Source: a virus (Duplodnaviria > Caudoviricetes). From it: DNA of 60,281 nt. The translations under genes were made by a program, and so were the position numbers. How positions within the stretch are numbered: position 1 is the stretch's first letter; every line of letters begins with the position of its first letter. Positions 57,076-60,281 of the stretch are shown here, piece by piece. Under the pieces are notes generated by a model. That model was given only the letters and a program-made list of their open reading frames with translations, did not search any database and was not told the origin of the DNA. The DNA lies in the IMG/VR virus record IMGVR_UViG_3300036798_000218, positions 1 through 60,281 of that record; one strand, 5' to 3'.

Positions 57076-57843
57076 TTAATCTACGTAGTATAAATTTGGA
57101 TTGTCCGGAGTTACTGTACTATGTATCTGACACCATTCGTCCGCCATTTTCTTCCACGGACAACTGTCAGTGTGATGCGTATCTTTCTCACCACAATAAG
57201 GACATATGATTTCTTGGGTATCAAGATTTGTATCTTCACAGAAGAAGATCGGGCTATCCAAAGTCAGTTGTACGTCAAATCTATGTGGACAGTTATCAAA
57301 GTGCCATCTGGCCATAGGGCCACCTCCGCCTTGGGCTGGACAATAGGGACATTTGACTGTTTGGTGAAATCCAGTCTTACCTAGCTGAGTCACATGCTTC
57401 CCCTTTGCAAGTTGTGAGAAAGCTCCAGCCCTTCCAGTCTTGCCATCTTTAAGCTTGTTATCCAGACTTTTAGAATGATGAAGAGAACTAGCTGCAGAAG
57501 CTTTTTGAGCTACTCCAGTTTGAGTTCCAGTCAATCCCAATTGAGTAACGTGAGTTCCCTTAGTTATAGCTTTCTCAAATGATCTCTTACCTATTTCAGA
57601 TCTTTCCTCCAAGGAAACTTTATTATTCCAATTATACATATAATGCGCACCTCGATCATATCGATAATGATCAGCCCAATACCACTCTCTATCACCTGCA
57701 AATCTATCTCCAGACTCGATAGGAATAACCTCCAGAATTTCTACGGTATAACCCTCCCATAATCCTTGTTGACGACACCTATCTTCTACAGATTGGTTAG
57801 TACATCCGACTTTTACGCCTACTACATGATAGATCGTATACAC
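57076..57843 (-). CDS. GIY-YIG-like free-standing endonuclease with Zn knuckles
   Basis: YTIYH..KVGCT...R...ILE...RE, CPYC..GGG.M.RWHFDNC, second CPYC. Confidence 0.65.
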   Translation of the reverse strand: MYTIYHVVGVKVGCTNQSVEDRCRQQGLWEGYTVEILEVIPIESGDRFAGDREWYWADHYRYDRGAHYMYNWNNKVSLEERSEIGKRSFEKAITKGTHVTQLGLTGTQTGVAQKASAASSLHHSKSLDNKLKDGKTGRAGAFSQLAKGKHVTQLGKTGFHQTVKCPYCPAQGGGGPMARWHFDNCPHRFDVQLTLDSPIFFCEDTNLDTQEIICPYCGEKDTHHTDSCPWKKMADEWCQIHSTVTPDNPNLYYVD

Positions 57844-57936
57844 TATAATCCCCTTATTACACTGTTCAGATTTTTACAGTTTAGCCTCTAACTCCCTGTT
57901 TTTTCAAGGAAAATCCTCATTTTCCATTGACATTTA

Positions 57937-60281
57937 CTATTGCTGTGCTATACTAAGATTGAAGCCACGTTGAATCACCTGAAAGTTCACACCGGTCGCT
58001 GTAATAATGTTCTGTAGTTGGATGAACTCTGCATCCTTCTGTGGTTGCAGATATACGTCAACGTTCAGCTGATTCTGATCAATAATCTGGGGAGTATTGT
58101 TAGTTTCATCGCAGACGGTCTTAAAGGTATAGACACCGTTCTGAGCTTGCACTGTAGTCAAATACTGATTGATGGCAGTCTCGATATCCAACCGAGTATA
58201 TTGATTATTCAATTCAAAGAGCTTGTATTTCAAGAACTGTTTTGCTGCACGTTCAAATGTGATGATCAATCGCCTGACATTGATCCGGTCCAAGGCAGAT
58301 GGTTTGGATTGCTGCGTCTTCTGACCAAAGATGACGATACCATCTCCTGGAGAGAAGATGATCGGATTTATGTTGACAGGGTTACCGTATAAAGCCTCGA
58401 TCTCTCCTTGCTGATCATACCGGACAGTCACATCCATAGGAGGAAGCGTTTCTGATCGCAAGACGGCTCTGTTATAGCCAGCTGGAGCATACCAAGGATA
58501 CGTAACCCAATCCGTACGGGCAAAGACCTGGGCAGCAAAACCAGAGGGAGGAATTGGTAGATTTGGAATGTCATTATAGCTATCGTATATATTAATCCAG
58601 GGAGAATACAAAGCAGTGAAGCTGGACTCAATATTCTGGTAGTTCAATCTCCAGTCAGATGCATAAGTGATCGGAGATATCTCAGTCCGGTCGAAAGGTA
58701 TGTCAAAGATGGCAAAGCAGTCACGACGCTTCTCGGCAATGGCCTGGATCGACTCTTGCACCGACCAGTCATCATCAGAAACATAGCCACCATTAATCAA
58801 AATGTTGATATCGACAACCGCCTGATTGGCGTACAGCTGCCAAGCCTGGATAATGTCACCAGACGTAATAGCAGTACCATCACTCCCTTGTGTGAAATAC
58901 ACAGGATAATTGGTAAAGGCAGGCATTACTGTATTAGGAATATCCACGTTATCCAAAACTCTTATATAATTCGAGAGACCATTAATTCTGGTCTCTAAAT
59001 ACATGTTGTTTCCATAACCATCTTTCTGATTAGGAATTCTAGAGAGTTCCCAGACTTCCTTAGTGATACTTACTCCACCTGATGTCTCCTGAACAATGAT
59101 CCTGAAAGCAGTCGGGTCCCAGGCAACTTCTTGAATTTGGACAGAGACATTATTAGCCCATTGGCCAGGATTTTCTGCATAGATCATAAAACAAGTATTT
59201 GTAGTATCCGAACCATTGAATACCGCAGTTACAGAAACGCCTGTTCCTGGAGCCACTGCAAAGGTAACCTCAAGAGCACCTGTTGCAGACTCTAAGATAC
59301 CCGTTGTAATCCCAGAACCAGTCACGTTTCCTAAACTATCCACCACAACAGAAATAACCGTTGTACCAACGTGAATCTGTTGAAGCGTAACGATAGGTGC
59401 AGGAGCTAGTGTTGCAGCAAAAGTTGGATTGCTGTTGTCACCAGTCCCAATTATCTGAGTCTTGTTAACTGGGAAGGCATCTGGCGCTTCACTAAGGACA
59501 CCCTCGCCTAATGGCGTAGTAGGATTGTCGGAAACATAGGTAGCTGAAATGGCTTGGTTGTTCGGAGGAGGTGTATTAAAAGTAACATTAATAACTCCAG
59601 AGACATAGTTAATCGTACCGTCAGTAATACCAACACCAAAAATGTTGCTATCACCCGACACAGCCATATATCTAGCAGTAATAACAGTATTAACAACAGG
59701 AGGTGATGCAAACTGAATAGTAAGACTACCTGTCTGTTTATTGAGAAATCCAGAAGCTATTCCAGCACCTGTGACATTGCCAAGAGAATCAACTGTGACA
59801 CTGATTTGTGTAGTACCATTCATAACCGACATTAAGGTGCTGATAGGAGCACCAGACAAGAAGGCCGTAAACGAAGAGGTAGCTCCGTCGCCTAACCCTA
59901 ATTGTTGTTCCTTGTAAACCTGGACAGGGACATCCCCAGAACCAAAATTGAGGCTCGTAAGTGACACAAGCGGCACCATAGGCAATATCCCAGCAAAAAT
60001 TCTGCTAGTACCGTTCGCCACAGCAAATTGATTGATAACAGTCTCAGTTAACCCTGTCTGATTAACCAATACACCAGCATATCTACCTTCTACGCAAACT
60101 CTCGTAAAATAAAGCTGAGTCATCTCCTCCAATGCGCAAATCGAACAGTACATGGCGTAACCATAGTCAGTACTAGGTTTACCATTGATCGTAGTAATCC
60201 CACCGACATTGGTGAAAAGTGCCCTTTTGTTAACAGGGCCTCGCTCTGCTTGTCCAACAATAGCTCCAACGGAAGTTGCCT
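57937..60281 (-). CDS. Tail sheath protein (gp18-like), start outside the window
   Basis: The frame is open to the right edge (TSVGAIVGQAERGP). RRDCFAIFD, PPSG..A...R.D..PWYAPAG.NR, INPI, GQKT..SALDRINVRRL, CDETNN, AEFI. Confidence 0.95.
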   Translation of the reverse strand, partial: ATSVGAIVGQAERGPVNKRALFTNVGGITTINGKPSTDYGYAMYCSICALEEMTQLYFTRVCVEGRYAGVLVNQTGLTETVINQFAVANGTSRIFAGILPMVPLVSLTSLNFGSGDVPVQVYKEQQLGLGDGATSSFTAFLSGAPISTLMSVMNGTTQISVTVDSLGNVTGAGIASGFLNKQTGSLTIQFASPPVVNTVITARYMAVSGDSNIFGVGITDGTINYVSGVINVTFNTPPPNNQAISATYVSDNPTTPLGEGVLSEAPDAFPVNKTQIIGTGDNSNPTFAATLAPAPIVTLQQIHVGTTVISVVVDSLGNVTGSGITTGILESATGALEVTFAVAPGTGVSVTAVFNGSDTTNTCFMIYAENPGQWANNVSVQIQEVAWDPTAFRIIVQETSGGVSITKEVWELSRIPNQKDGYGNNMYLETRINGLSNYIRVLDNVDIPNTVMPAFTNYPVYFTQGSDGTAITSGDIIQAWQLYANQAVVDINILINGGYVSDDDWSVQESIQAIAEKRRDCFAIFDIPFDRTEISPITYASDWRLNYQNIESSFTALYSPWINIYDSYNDIPNLPIPPSGFAAQVFARTDWVTYPWYAPAGYNRAVLRSETLPPMDVTVRYDQQGEIEALYGNPVNINPIIFSPGDGIVIFGQKTQQSKPSALDRINVRRLIITFERAAKQFLKYKLFELNNQYTRLDIETAINQYLTTVQAQNGVYTFKTVCDETNNTPQIIDQNQLNVDVYLQPQKDAEFIQLQNIITATGVNFQVIQRGFNLSIAQQ

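Noticed and set aside
56829-57209. 126-aa plus-strand ORF
   Set aside because: It is antisense to the intron, tube exon 1 and the endonuclease, so it is a shadow ORF.

Overview
This window is part of a large lytic myovirus genome related to the T4 superfamily. An alphaproteobacterial host is a tentative inference from CTTG-N16/17-C(T/C)ATA promoters. There are three blocks. (1) 1-17 kb, minus strand: replication and recombination genes (gp32-like SSB, primase, HU, a single-chain Mre11-Rad50 fusion, and a UvsW-like helicase split into three ORFs). (2) 17-32 kb: a repeat-rich non-coding region followed by an early/accessory region built from promoter-gene-terminator cassettes. (3) 32.5-60.3 kb, minus strand: contractile tail genes (sheath, two tube-like genes, gp26-like chaperone, two paralogous tape-measure-like muralytic proteins, baseplate, two tandem tail fibres). 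The most striking feature is about 14 homing-endonuclease-like ORFs or remnants from several nuclease families. Two of them sit inside likely essential genes with no intron or intein, and appear to restore translation by stop/start coupling or a recoded N-terminus. The window also has an ORF-less group I intron in the tail tube gene, a dispersed ~180-bp structured repeat, a 28-bp perfect palindrome with iteron-like repeats, and a probable ATT start codon. All protein calls come from motif recognition by eye; no database searches were run.
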